DNA from: a virus
Lineage: Duplodnaviria > Caudoviricetes
IMG/VR virus record: IMGVR_UViG_3300044300_000537
Location: 1-30,274 of that record
Strand: one strand, 5' to 3'
DNA length: 30,274 nucleotides
The position numbers and the translations under genes were made by a program. Within the stretch, counting starts at the first letter, position 1. The number at the start of each line of letters is the position of its first letter. This document shows positions 19,015 to 26,208 of this stretch, piece after piece. The notes under the pieces are model-generated. The model made no database searches. It worked only from the letters and a program-made list of their open reading frames with translations, and was not told the DNA's origin.

Positions 19015-20407
19015 AGCAGATCAAATAACAACAGGCAATTTATTACCCAACGTAAATCAGGGTGCATCTAGTGCACAAAGTGTAGATAATAGCATTGATA
19101 AAATAGGAAATACTTTTAGTAATTTTACATCTAATAATGCAACTAATTTTAGTTCAGAAGTAGAAGTTACAGGAACAGGAACATTATCTTATAGTGGAAC
19201 TTTGTTAGATATTACAACAGGTAATGATACAACAAATCAAAATAAATTAGATAATGGAATTACATTACAGGGTAATACTATAGTACAAAACTGTGAATGG
19301 GCTAGCTCATCATATGCTTGTGGCAATAGAGGATCTGGAAGAGATAGTTATAGCACTAAAATTCAAATACTAGATTCTAATAATTCTTTATTATCTGAAA
19401 CAAATCAAATTAGAAATAATGATGCAGGGTATGGTAGCACTGCATTTAAATATACAGATACTTTAATATTTAATAATGTAGGTTCTAATAAATTTAACTG
19501 GGAATGGACAGGTATAGATGGTCAAGCCAATCCAGGTAATCTAGGTGGTCCTAATTTACTAGGTGCTAACCTATTTATGACATATGATAATACTGAAATA
19601 GAAGAAAGTATTACAGAAGAATTACACAGTATAACAAAGAACTTGACAGAATCAGTCAGAATGGTTATAATAGAAGAAAAGGTAAAGGTAAAAGCTGCAC
19701 CAGTTTTATCTACAACTACACCAGTTGTAAAATCAGCTCCTGCACCAGCACCTAAAACAACTGCCCCTGCACCAAAAGCTACTATGACAACTACTAATAC
19801 AGCTAAGGCAGCACCAGCACCTACACAAAAAACAACTACGAGTACAACTTCTAATGCACCAAAATCTACTTCTAGTTCAACAGCTACAACTAATTCAAAA
19901 ACTAAAACGGCTAGCAAAGCTAATGAAACAAAAAAAACTGAAGAAAAGAAATCCAATAGCAGCTCTACTAAAACTACCACAACTAAGAAAGAAAGTAATA
20001 AAGAACAAAAAACTGTACAATCGAAATCAGGAGAAAGTAAGACAACAGAAACTAAGTCACAGTCAGGATCTGTAGAAACTAAAGAAGAAGTATCTCTTGA
20101 TACAAAGATGGCAAAAGTAGATACAGATATAAAAGATATAGGTAAGAATTTAGAAATTAAAAACGTAATTAAATTACAAGCAATGGTTAATAATGAAATG
20201 ATTAATGTATATAATATACCATTTTATAAAGAGAAATTATTATACACAGATCAATTAAATATATTTGATAAACCAATATATCAAAATATTACTTTAGGTA
20301 GTTATATACTTAACGACCCTATTGTAAAATCTAAAATTAATATTATAAAAATAAAAAAAGAAAAACAAAAACTACTAAACGAAATAGAGGCACTAAAAAA
20401 TGGGTAA
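18956..20407 (+). CDS. Secreted protein: beta domain, P/A/T/K/S linker, C-terminal coiled coil
   Basis: Signal peptide ending SKA; TTGNLLPN; PAPK/PAPT repeats; helical C-terminus. Confidence 0.7.
   Translation: MIKLLLKSCLILALITSLSKADQITTGNLLPNVNQGASSAQSVDNSIDKIGNTFSNFTSNNATNFSSEVEVTGTGTLSYSGTLLDITTGNDTTNQNKLDNGITLQGNTIVQNCEWASSSYACGNRGSGRDSYSTKIQILDSNNSLLSETNQIRNNDAGYGSTAFKYTDTLIFNNVGSNKFNWEWTGIDGQANPGNLGGPNLLGANLFMTYDNTEIEESITEELHSITKNLTESVRMVIIEEKVKVKAAPVLSTTTPVVKSAPAPAPKTTAPAPKATMTTTNTAKAAPAPTQKTTTSTTSNAPKSTSSSTATTNSKTKTASKANETKKTEEKKSNSSSTKTTTTKKESNKEQKTVQSKSGESKTTETKSQSGSVETKEEVSLDTKMAKVDTDIKDIGKNLEIKNVIKLQAMVNNEMINVYNIPFYKEKLLYTDQLNIFDKPIYQNITLGSYILNDPIVKSKINIIKIKKEKQKLLNEIEALKNG
19690..20070 (+). 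repeat. Low-complexity coding repeats (KAAP/APAPK, then T/S/K/E-rich)
   Basis: Recurrent GCACCAGCACCT / CCTGCACCA units within the 483-aa ORF. Confidence 0.6.
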
Positions 20408-20654
20408 AATAAAAGAACAACTTGCAGGTGTAGCGGCACTCATAGGAGTACTGGGAGCTATAGGTGCAGGATTTATTAAGTATGGCGAAGTAATGTCTAA
20501 GCTAGATAGTTTAGAAGCATTTAATCCTGATCCTATAATGATAGTTATAGGTGATAATAAAAAAGATATAGCTGTATTACAAAAGACTATACAAGTATTA
20601 GAATTAGAAATACAAGAATTAAAAGAATCAAGTAAAAATCCTTTAACAAACTAA
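20400..20654 (+). CDS. N-terminal TM plus coiled-coil protein
   Basis: LAGVAALIGVLGAIGAGF TM followed by heptads; ends KNPLTN; GAGG RBS. Confidence 0.65.
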   Translation: MGKIKEQLAGVAALIGVLGAIGAGFIKYGEVMSKLDSLEAFNPDPIMIVIGDNKKDIAVLQKTIQVLELEIQELKESSKNPLTN

Positions 20655-21022
20655 TGGCACTTAAAATTTCCGAGTCTGCTGCTGTACAAATGCCGATGAA
20701 GACGGTTGCTAGTTTGATAGTGCTTGTCGCAATGGGTGTGTTTGCATACACAGAATTAACGGCTAGGTTAGTATCGTTAGAGACTTCACGTGAGCTGATG
20801 CAAGCTGATTTACTTAAGGCTTCAGATCAAAAGCCCGTAGATCAGGAACAGCTGATGTTGTTGGAGGATCTTTATAAGACTACTGAGAAGATAGAAAAAA
20901 GAATTGAAGATATGATGCACAATAAAGTAAACATACAATTTTTACAAAAACAAATGGAAAAGTCTTTAGCAGATATAGAAATATTAAAAGATAAAGTAAG
21001 AGCAAATGGGAGCCATAAATGA
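20654..21022 (+). CDS. N-terminal TM plus coiled-coil protein
   Basis: VASLIVLVAMGVFAY TM followed by a long heptad region; TAATG coupling. Confidence 0.65.
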   Translation: MALKISESAAVQMPMKTVASLIVLVAMGVFAYTELTARLVSLETSRELMQADLLKASDQKPVDQEQLMLLEDLYKTTEKIEKRIEDMMHNKVNIQFLQKQMEKSLADIEILKDKVRANGSHK

Positions 21023-21231
21023 TCGCAGAAATTGTAGCCCTTTTAATGTTTATAGGACCTGAAATTAAAGAGCATAGAATACAAGACTCTATGTCAATGT
21101 GTTTAAAACATAAACGTGAAGCAACTAGAGTTCCTACACCTAATATAACTTATAAATGCATTAAATCTAAAGCAGAATTAGAAGAGAATATTGATGGGTC
21201 TAAATCTATAAAAGCATTAATATTAGAGTAA
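21019..21231 (+). CDS. Small two-Cys hypothetical protein
   Basis: 70 aa; hydrophobic N-terminus; SMCLKHKREA...YKC; ATGA coupling. Confidence 0.6.
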   Translation: MIAEIVALLMFIGPEIKEHRIQDSMSMCLKHKREATRVPTPNITYKCIKSKAELEENIDGSKSIKALILE

Positions 21232-21434
21232 TGGATAGACCACCTTTTGAATATAGAATGTTAATATTATTTTGTATAGGTGCATTTGTGCCTATATTTA
21301 TACATCACATAATATATAAACTATGGGATGTTAGTGTATTAAGAGCCGCAGAAATAACTTTTTTATTGTGTATTCCAGTAGCATTTTGGATGGCAAAAAA
21401 AATTAATGAACGTTGGCATGATGATCAGGAATAA
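21231..21434 (+). CDS. Small two-TM membrane protein
   Basis: 67 aa with two hydrophobic helices; TAATG coupling. Confidence 0.6.
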   Translation: MDRPPFEYRMLILFCIGAFVPIFIHHIIYKLWDVSVLRAAEITFLLCIPVAFWMAKKINERWHDDQE

Positions 21435-21436
21435 TT

Positions 21437-22102
21437 ATGTATTTAAACGCAAACATACCCCCAATAGAATGCTTCGTAAGAGGTAATTATCTACGAGATC
21501 AAAAAGATTCTCATGATAAATACTTTGAGTGTGTAGTATTTGGATTTAGTTCCATACCAAAGCAAGTTCCTTTATTCCATTATATGATGACAGATGGTGG
21601 ATTATGGTGGAGAGCACCTGTATCTGCATTTTGTACAAAGCCAGGAGTAAAAGAACTACCTTTAAATGAATTAATGTTGTGGGATTCTTTTAGTTATAAT
21701 GTAAGTGTAACTAAATTTTATCAACTAGATGGTTGTAAAATGATATATACATCTAGAAGAAAAAAACAAAGAGAAGGTAAATATTTATTTACAATTGATT
21801 GGTGTGCAGGTGATTATAATGAATTAGATTTTGGCTATGCAGAAAAACCTGATCAACATAAGTGTGGACACGTAATAGAATTAGATGATGGTAACTATGC
21901 AATACAACCCAACAATAGATTAAGAATCTTTGATCCATCAATGGCAGCAGATCCATCAAAACCCCTTATACACAGATTAGTTAATACTAAGATATGGTCT
22001 GTAGAAGATACTTCTAAATGGATAACAGATGAAAATCAAGAAGGAAGTTATGATTATGAATATAAGGAGATAAACAATGGCAAAGAAAAGCACAGTAAAT
22101 AA
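21437..22102 (+). CDS. Conserved phage hypothetical protein
   Basis: 221 aa; YLNANIP, GKYLFTIDW, QHKCGH and DDGNYAIQPNNR motifs; AGGA RBS. Confidence 0.7.
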   Translation: MYLNANIPPIECFVRGNYLRDQKDSHDKYFECVVFGFSSIPKQVPLFHYMMTDGGLWWRAPVSAFCTKPGVKELPLNELMLWDSFSYNVSVTKFYQLDGCKMIYTSRRKKQREGKYLFTIDWCAGDYNELDFGYAEKPDQHKCGHVIELDDGNYAIQPNNRLRIFDPSMAADPSKPLIHRLVNTKIWSVEDTSKWITDENQEGSYDYEYKEINNGKEKHSK

Positions 22103-22256
22103 AGCAGGTAATTACACAAAACCTGGAATGAGAAAGACAATCTTTAATAGAATTAAAGCACAAGCATCTCATGGAACAGGTGCTGGTAAATGGTCAGCAA
22201 GAAAAGCCCAAGCATTAGCTAAGGCTTATAAGAAAGCTGGTGGAGGTTATAAGTAA
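22077..22256 (+). CDS. 59-aa basic protein with KWSARKAQ...YKKAGGGY motif (not in the ORF track)
   Basis: AAGGAG RBS; MAKKSTVNKAGNYTKPGMRKTIFNRIKAQASHGTGAGKWSARKAQALAKAYKKAGGGYK. Confidence 0.8.
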   Translation: MAKKSTVNKAGNYTKPGMRKTIFNRIKAQASHGTGAGKWSARKAQALAKAYKKAGGGYK

Positions 22257-22258
22257 TT

Positions 22259-22507
22259 ATGGCACTAGCAAAAAGTCAACGAAGTTTAAAAGCATGGGGG
22301 AAACAAAAATGGAGAACGAAATCAGGGAAAAAATCTTCAGTTACGGGAGAACGATATTTACCAGAGAAAGCAATCAAAGCTCTCTCATCTGCGGAGTATG
22401 CGGCAACGACAAAAGCAAAGAGAAGAGGAACAAAAAAGGGCAAACAATTTGTGAAGCAACCCAAAGGGATTGCAAAGAAGGTAAAACAATACAGGAGGTA
22501 TAGTTAA
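22259..22507 (+). CDS. Basic small protein (DUF5872-like)
   Basis: GGAGG RBS; SQRSLKAWGKQKWRTKSG...ERYLP...KGKQFVKQP. Confidence 0.75.
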   Translation: MALAKSQRSLKAWGKQKWRTKSGKKSSVTGERYLPEKAIKALSSAEYAATTKAKRRGTKKGKQFVKQPKGIAKKVKQYRRYS

Positions 22508-22508
22508 A

Positions 22509-22646
22509 ATGCCAGGACATTACGGAAAAATGAAAAAAGGAAAAAAAGTAAAAGGTAAAAGAAAAAAACTAGACATGGACAAAGATGGTAAACTTACTAA
22601 AAAAGATTTTGCTATGTTAAGAAATAAAAAAAAAGGTAGAGCATAA
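22509..22646 (+). CDS. 45-aa Lys-rich protein with an EF-hand-like loop (not in the ORF track)
   Basis: AGGAGG RBS; MPGHYGKMKKGKKVKGKRKKLDMDKDGKLTKKDFAMLRNKKKGRA. Confidence 0.75.
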   Translation: MPGHYGKMKKGKKVKGKRKKLDMDKDGKLTKKDFAMLRNKKKGRA

Positions 22647-22777
22647 TGAGAAAAGGATTATATGCTAACATACATGCTAAAAGAAAGCGTGGTGGTAAAA
22701 TGAAAAAGAAAGGTGCTAAAGGTGCACCAACTGCAGCAAACTTTAGAAGAGCTGCACAAACAGTAAGGAAAAAATAA
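22646..22777 (+). CDS. 43-aa basic protein with GLYANIHAKRKR motif (not in the ORF track)
   Basis: MRKGLYANIHAKRKRGGKMKKKGAKGAPTAANFRRAAQTVRKK; TAATG overlaps at both ends. Confidence 0.75.
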   Translation: MRKGLYANIHAKRKRGGKMKKKGAKGAPTAANFRRAAQTVRKK

Positions 22778-23028
22778 TGGCTAAGACACCTGCATGGCAA
22801 CGTAAAGAAGGCAAGAATCCCTCAGGTGGTTTAAATGCTAAAGGTAGAGCTAGTTATAATAGAGCTACTGGTGGTAATTTAAAAGCACCTAGTAAAAAAG
22901 TTGGTAACAAAAGACGTGCTAGTTTTTGTGCACGTATGAAAGGTATGAAGAAAAAATTAACTTCTAAAAAAACAGCTAATGACCCTAATTCAAGAATTAA
23001 TAAAGCACTTCGTGCTTGGAATTGTTAG
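22777..23028 (+). CDS. Basic small protein (DUF6321-like)
   Basis: AWQRKEGKNPSGGLNAKGR...RRASFCARM...SRINKALRAWNC. Confidence 0.75.
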   Translation: MAKTPAWQRKEGKNPSGGLNAKGRASYNRATGGNLKAPSKKVGNKRRASFCARMKGMKKKLTSKKTANDPNSRINKALRAWNC

Positions 23029-23557
23029 TGTATTAATTTGTAGTATAGCAATGGCAGAAATAAATCAAACAAAAGATTTTATAAAAGCAATAGAGGAAGT
23101 TCGTAAAGAATATCCTGAAGACTCTATTGAAAGTAAAATACCTAGTTCGTTTATAGCTACAGTTGCTGCTGCAGAAACAGGCAATTTTCAATTTAAAGGT
23201 GCACCTACTGCAAAGAATGCAAATAATTTTTTTGGTATGCATGCAACGGGTGATCAACAATTTTTAAAAACTACAGGTGGAGCTAAACTAAGATCTTTTG
23301 ATGATAGTAAAGCTAGCATTAGAGCATTTTTACAATTAATGGCAAATGATGAAAGATATAAAAATGTAGTAGAATCTATGGATACAGTGGAAAACATGTT
23401 TAAAAGTATGGGTGATAGTCCATATGCACAGAATCCTAACTACACAAATTTATTAGGTAATGTTTACAAAAATAGAATACAGCCAATATTTCAAACTGAA
23501 AATTTTTTAATGCCAAAAAGAAAACCAATATTAGAACAAATGGATAGCCTAAAATAA
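22979..23557 (+). CDS. GH73-like glucosaminidase/muramidase with hydrophobic N-terminus
   Basis: AAAETG catalytic Glu, ANNFFGM, LRSFDD and YAQNPNY motifs; start codon uncertain. Confidence 0.75.
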   Translation: MTLIQELIKHFVLGIVSVLICSIAMAEINQTKDFIKAIEEVRKEYPEDSIESKIPSSFIATVAAAETGNFQFKGAPTAKNANNFFGMHATGDQQFLKTTGGAKLRSFDDSKASIRAFLQLMANDERYKNVVESMDTVENMFKSMGDSPYAQNPNYTNLLGNVYKNRIQPIFQTENFLMPKRKPILEQMDSLK

Positions 23558-23582
23558 AAAGGGGAGCCATATAGACTCCCCC
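23556..23582 (-). terminator. Intrinsic terminator for the - strand arm
   Basis: Minus strand reads GGGGAGTC-TATAT-GGCTCCCC-TTTTT. Confidence 0.75.
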
Positions 23583-23594
23583 GCAGGCAACACA

Positions 23595-23631
23595 AGACTT
23601 CCTGATTATTAGTCAGGAGGTCTTTTTTTTT
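23595..23631 (+). terminator. Intrinsic terminator for the + strand late arm
   Basis: AGACTTCCTGATT-ATT-AGTCAGGAGGTCT stem with two G-U pairs, followed by a T run. Confidence 0.85.
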
Positions 23632-23776
23632 GGTCGTAACGATAAAGGTTTCTATCACCCCATCGCTTCTGCCAAAACCAAGTACTCAATGAACTAGCAT
23701 AACCTTCTAGTTTATCCATAACTTTGTTATGCCAAAAGTAATATCTAAACTTTTTGTATAAGTTGTTTAATATCAT
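23609..23776 (-). CDS. 55-aa Trp/Tyr-rich hypothetical protein (not in the ORF track)
   Basis: MILNNLYKKFRYYFWHNKVMDKLEGYASSLSTWFWQKRWGDRNLYRYDQKKRPPD fills the gap before the - strand terminator. Confidence 0.5.
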   Translation of the reverse strand: MILNNLYKKFRYYFWHNKVMDKLEGYASSLSTWFWQKRWGDRNLYRYDQKKRPPD

Positions 23777-23981
23777 CTTGTAATTTTTTTCCTACAGCAT
23801 TAGCATGATTAATAACAGCAGCACACAAATTTCCATGATAAGGATATCCCTTTAGTGCCTCTCGAATTTTACCTACAGGTTTACCACCATAATCAATGAC
23901 TATAGCATTTTCTTTATTTAAACCTATTTTTAATTCAAATAATATTCCAGTGTATTTATCTAAATTATTTTTTTCCGTCAT
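23745..23981 (-). CDS. Hypothetical protein (probable start MTEKN)
   Basis: GAGGGA RBS upstream of ATG 23981; 78 aa. Confidence 0.6.
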   Translation of the reverse strand: MTEKNNLDKYTGILFELKIGLNKENAIVIDYGGKPVGKIREALKGYPYHGNLCAAVINHANAVGKKLQDDIKQLIQKV

Positions 23982-24153
23982 TGCTATTTCCCTCACTGGA
24001 TTGTGGTGTTAAGGTAGATAAACTATTCATAAGTTTTACTACTTCAGCATATGGTCTAGACATTAAGTATCTCATAATATCCATAAGTTGTTCAGAACTT
24101 ATAGTGTAAGTTCTAGGGTTAGCTTTTTGTTCTTTCTGTTTTTCTTTCTCCAT
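23965..24153 (-). CDS. Hypothetical protein (probable start MEKEK)
   Basis: AGGAGG RBS; IMRYLMSRPYAEV motif. Confidence 0.65.
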   Translation of the reverse strand: MEKEKQKEQKANPRTYTISSEQLMDIMRYLMSRPYAEVVKLMNSLSTLTPQSSEGNSNDGKK

Positions 24154-24166
24154 TTTTCCTCCTATA

Positions 24167-24391
24167 TTAGAATGGTATATCATCATAATCAAAATGCTTT
24201 CCAAGTGTATCTAAATTTTCTTGTGCATTTGATATCTTTGTTATTAACTTATCTAATTCTTGTATATGTTGAGGATGTTCCCCAATACCTACAGAATTAT
24301 CAAAGTATATTTCTGCTGTTGCTGTGGCTTCTGCTATTGCAGCTTCGTATTTTCTAGCCAGTGCTTTTACCAAGTTTTTTCTTGTGCTCAT
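24167..24391 (-). CDS. Small helical protein with GIGEH motif and SSB-like C-terminal tail
   Basis: GAGGT RBS; ...NSVGIGEHPQHIQELDKL...HFDYDDIPF. Confidence 0.75.
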   Translation of the reverse strand: MSTRKNLVKALARKYEAAIAEATATAEIYFDNSVGIGEHPQHIQELDKLITKISNAQENLDTLGKHFDYDDIPF

Positions 24392-24579
24392 TCTGCACCT
24401 CTAAACTGATAATATTTATCTTCAATAAGATCTTCATCTAATAAGTATGGATTATCTCTACCCCTTTTATTAAACTCTGTTCTTAAATCTCTTATAGTTT
24501 GGTTTAATGTTCTGCCTTGGTTAAGACTAGCACAAACCATATCATCTACTTCTATTATTGCTTGCTTCACTGCTCCCAC
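24388..24579 (-). CDS. Hypothetical protein (GTG start)
   Basis: GGAGG RBS; 63 aa; ATGA overlap with the next gene. Confidence 0.6.
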   Translation of the reverse strand: MGAVKQAIIEVDDMVCASLNQGRTLNQTIRDLRTEFNKRGRDNPYLLDEDLIEDKYYQFRGAE

Positions 24580-24694
24580 GTTCTGCCTCCTGTAATTGTT
24601 TATTTAATTTATTTACTTCATCTTGCATATGAATCATAACTTCTTGTAAAGCTATTATTCTACCAAGTTTCTCCATTGTTTCACCGTGTGTCAT
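24542..24694 (-). CDS. Small coiled-coil protein (probable start MTHGE)
   Basis: AGGAGG RBS; ATGA overlap with the upstream gene. Confidence 0.55.
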   Translation of the reverse strand: MTHGETMEKLGRIIALQEVMIHMQDEVNKLNKQLQEAERGSSEASNNRSR

Positions 24695-24933
24695 TTGACC
24701 TCCTTTATTAGTTTGTTTAAATACCATTGTGCTTTTTTTAAATCTTCTAAAGGTTCACCTTTAAATTTATATCTCGAAACATATTTTAAAACGTTACCCT
24801 TTAGATACCCGTGGTATTCATCATCTGTCATACAATCCTGTATAACTTCTATAGTTTCTTTTTTACCATATCTATAGTGCGATGGTGAATTAACATTATC
24901 GTGATGATCTAAATCAGTTTTAAAATCTACCAT
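24691..24933 (-). CDS. DUF3310 / T7 gp1.7 nucleotide kinase-like protein
   Basis: DNVNSPSHY...ETIEVI...GYLKGNVLKYVSRY...EDLKKAQWYL; AGGAGG RBS before ATG 24933. Confidence 0.85.
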   Translation of the reverse strand: MVDFKTDLDHHDNVNSPSHYRYGKKETIEVIQDCMTDDEYHGYLKGNVLKYVSRYKFKGEPLEDLKKAQWYLNKLIKEVK

Positions 24934-25663
24934 ACTTCCTCCTAATAGAATTATACTGAACTGTTTCAAGATCATACTCTCCATTCTTAACATTTCTTTT
25001 TACAATTAAACCACTCCACCACATTCTTTGAGTAGCTCTAGCATAATCTTCCTTATGATGCAAATAACAACCTGCAGATAAACCAATTACTTTTTTGCCT
25101 ATTGGAGTAGTACACATAGAATAATCAAATGTATGTATGTGACCTACAGTAGAAGATACTTTATTTTTTAGTAAGAGAGCACGAGCAATGTTGTCCCCAC
25201 TAATAGGCTTACCCATAACACCATTAGGAAAATTGTGGCAATAATGTACACCATCGACCACAACAGGTTCTTGGTATGGATAAACCTCCCAACCATATTT
25301 TTCAAATTGAAAATCATTAGTACTAATTGTGCCATCAAGTTCGGGTGTTTCATTTATTATTCTATCTATCCTATCTTCGTGATTACCAAGTAGCATGATT
25401 TTTCTTGGTCGTCTCCCATTGAGACCTTTGTTAAATTTATTCAATGCATCATGAGCATGATCTATATCTTTTTTATATCTTCTACCTTCAAAGGATTTTT
25501 TACCTTTATCATAACTAGATAGTGAATCCATACTTGCAAAGTCTCCCATACAAATAATAGTATTCGGTTTTAGATCTCGAGCAAATTTTCCTGCCCATAA
25601 AAATCTATCATTGGTTGCTTTTGGGGTACAATGAGGATCCCCTATGACTAAGTGTGTTGCCAT
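24920..25663 (-). CDS. Calcineurin-like metallophosphoesterase
   Basis: GDPH, GDFASMD, GNHE and GHIH motifs; AAGGAG RBS. Confidence 0.88.
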   Translation of the reverse strand: MATHLVIGDPHCTPKATNDRFLWAGKFARDLKPNTIICMGDFASMDSLSSYDKGKKSFEGRRYKKDIDHAHDALNKFNKGLNGRRPRKIMLLGNHEDRIDRIINETPELDGTISTNDFQFEKYGWEVYPYQEPVVVDGVHYCHNFPNGVMGKPISGDNIARALLLKNKVSSTVGHIHTFDYSMCTTPIGKKVIGLSAGCYLHHKEDYARATQRMWWSGLIVKRNVKNGEYDLETVQYNSIRRKYGRF

Positions 25664-26001
25664 TAGTTTAACTCCTTATCACGTTTCTGTTTTAAGTATT
25701 CAAGAAAGTCTACTACATTATCTGCATCATCAAACTCTGCAACAGAACTTATAGTCAAGTCTCCCTTATTGTTTTTCTTATCATCAGCGAATCCACGAAG
25801 TCCCCATAGAAACGTTGAATGGGGGTCAGTAGTTGCCATCTTAATCATACCTCTTGCTATTGTAGAACACAACTCATACTCCTCAGTTGTCATCTTTGCT
25901 CTAGTATCCATGGATATACCACAAGTAAATCCAAGTTTCCAAGGTGTAACTAAAACTTTTATTGCTTTAAGCAAATCTAATTTTTCTTTTTTCTTAGTCA
26001 T
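25663..26001 (-). CDS. Hypothetical protein
   Basis: 112 aa; TAATG-coupled on both sides; ends with an NVVDF motif. Confidence 0.65.
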   Translation of the reverse strand: MTKKKEKLDLLKAIKVLVTPWKLGFTCGISMDTRAKMTTEEYELCSTIARGMIKMATTDPHSTFLWGLRGFADDKKNNKGDLTISSVAEFDDADNVVDFLEYLKQKRDKELN

Positions 26002-26162
26002 TATAATTTAAAGTATTTATGATCATAGGGTACAACTTTCCACTCAACAGATTTTTTAAATTTATTTCTCTTTGCATAATCAGTTGCTTCTTTTTCTGAG
26101 TCCCATATTTCATTTGTAAATATTCTCCAAGTATCATTATCTTTTATTATCAAACAATACAT
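26001..26162 (-). CDS. 53-aa hypothetical protein (not in the ORF track)
   Basis: MYCLIIKDNDTWRIFTNEIWDSEKEATDYAKRNKFKKSVEWKVVPYDHKYFKL; TAATG overlap with the next gene. Confidence 0.65.
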   Translation of the reverse strand: MYCLIIKDNDTWRIFTNEIWDSEKEATDYAKRNKFKKSVEWKVVPYDHKYFKL

Positions 26163-26171
26163 TTTAGGTAA

Positions 26172-26208
26172 AGGCAGATGCTAGACCCCTCAAAACTAAC
26201 ATCCACCC
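26172..26208 (-). other. Intergenic RNA hairpin (processing site or weak terminator)
   Basis: Minus strand GGGTGGATGTTAG / CTAGCATCTGCCT forms 13 bp including G-U pairs. Confidence 0.5.

Noticed and set aside
19522-20075. ORFs 19522..19980 (-) and 19854..20075 (+)
   Set aside because: Shadows of the low-complexity linker in the 483-aa gene.
22240-22800. ORFs 22240..22503 (+), 22276..22464 (-) and 22612..22800 (-)
   Set aside because: They overlap better-supported basic-protein genes that have RBSs and coupled starts.
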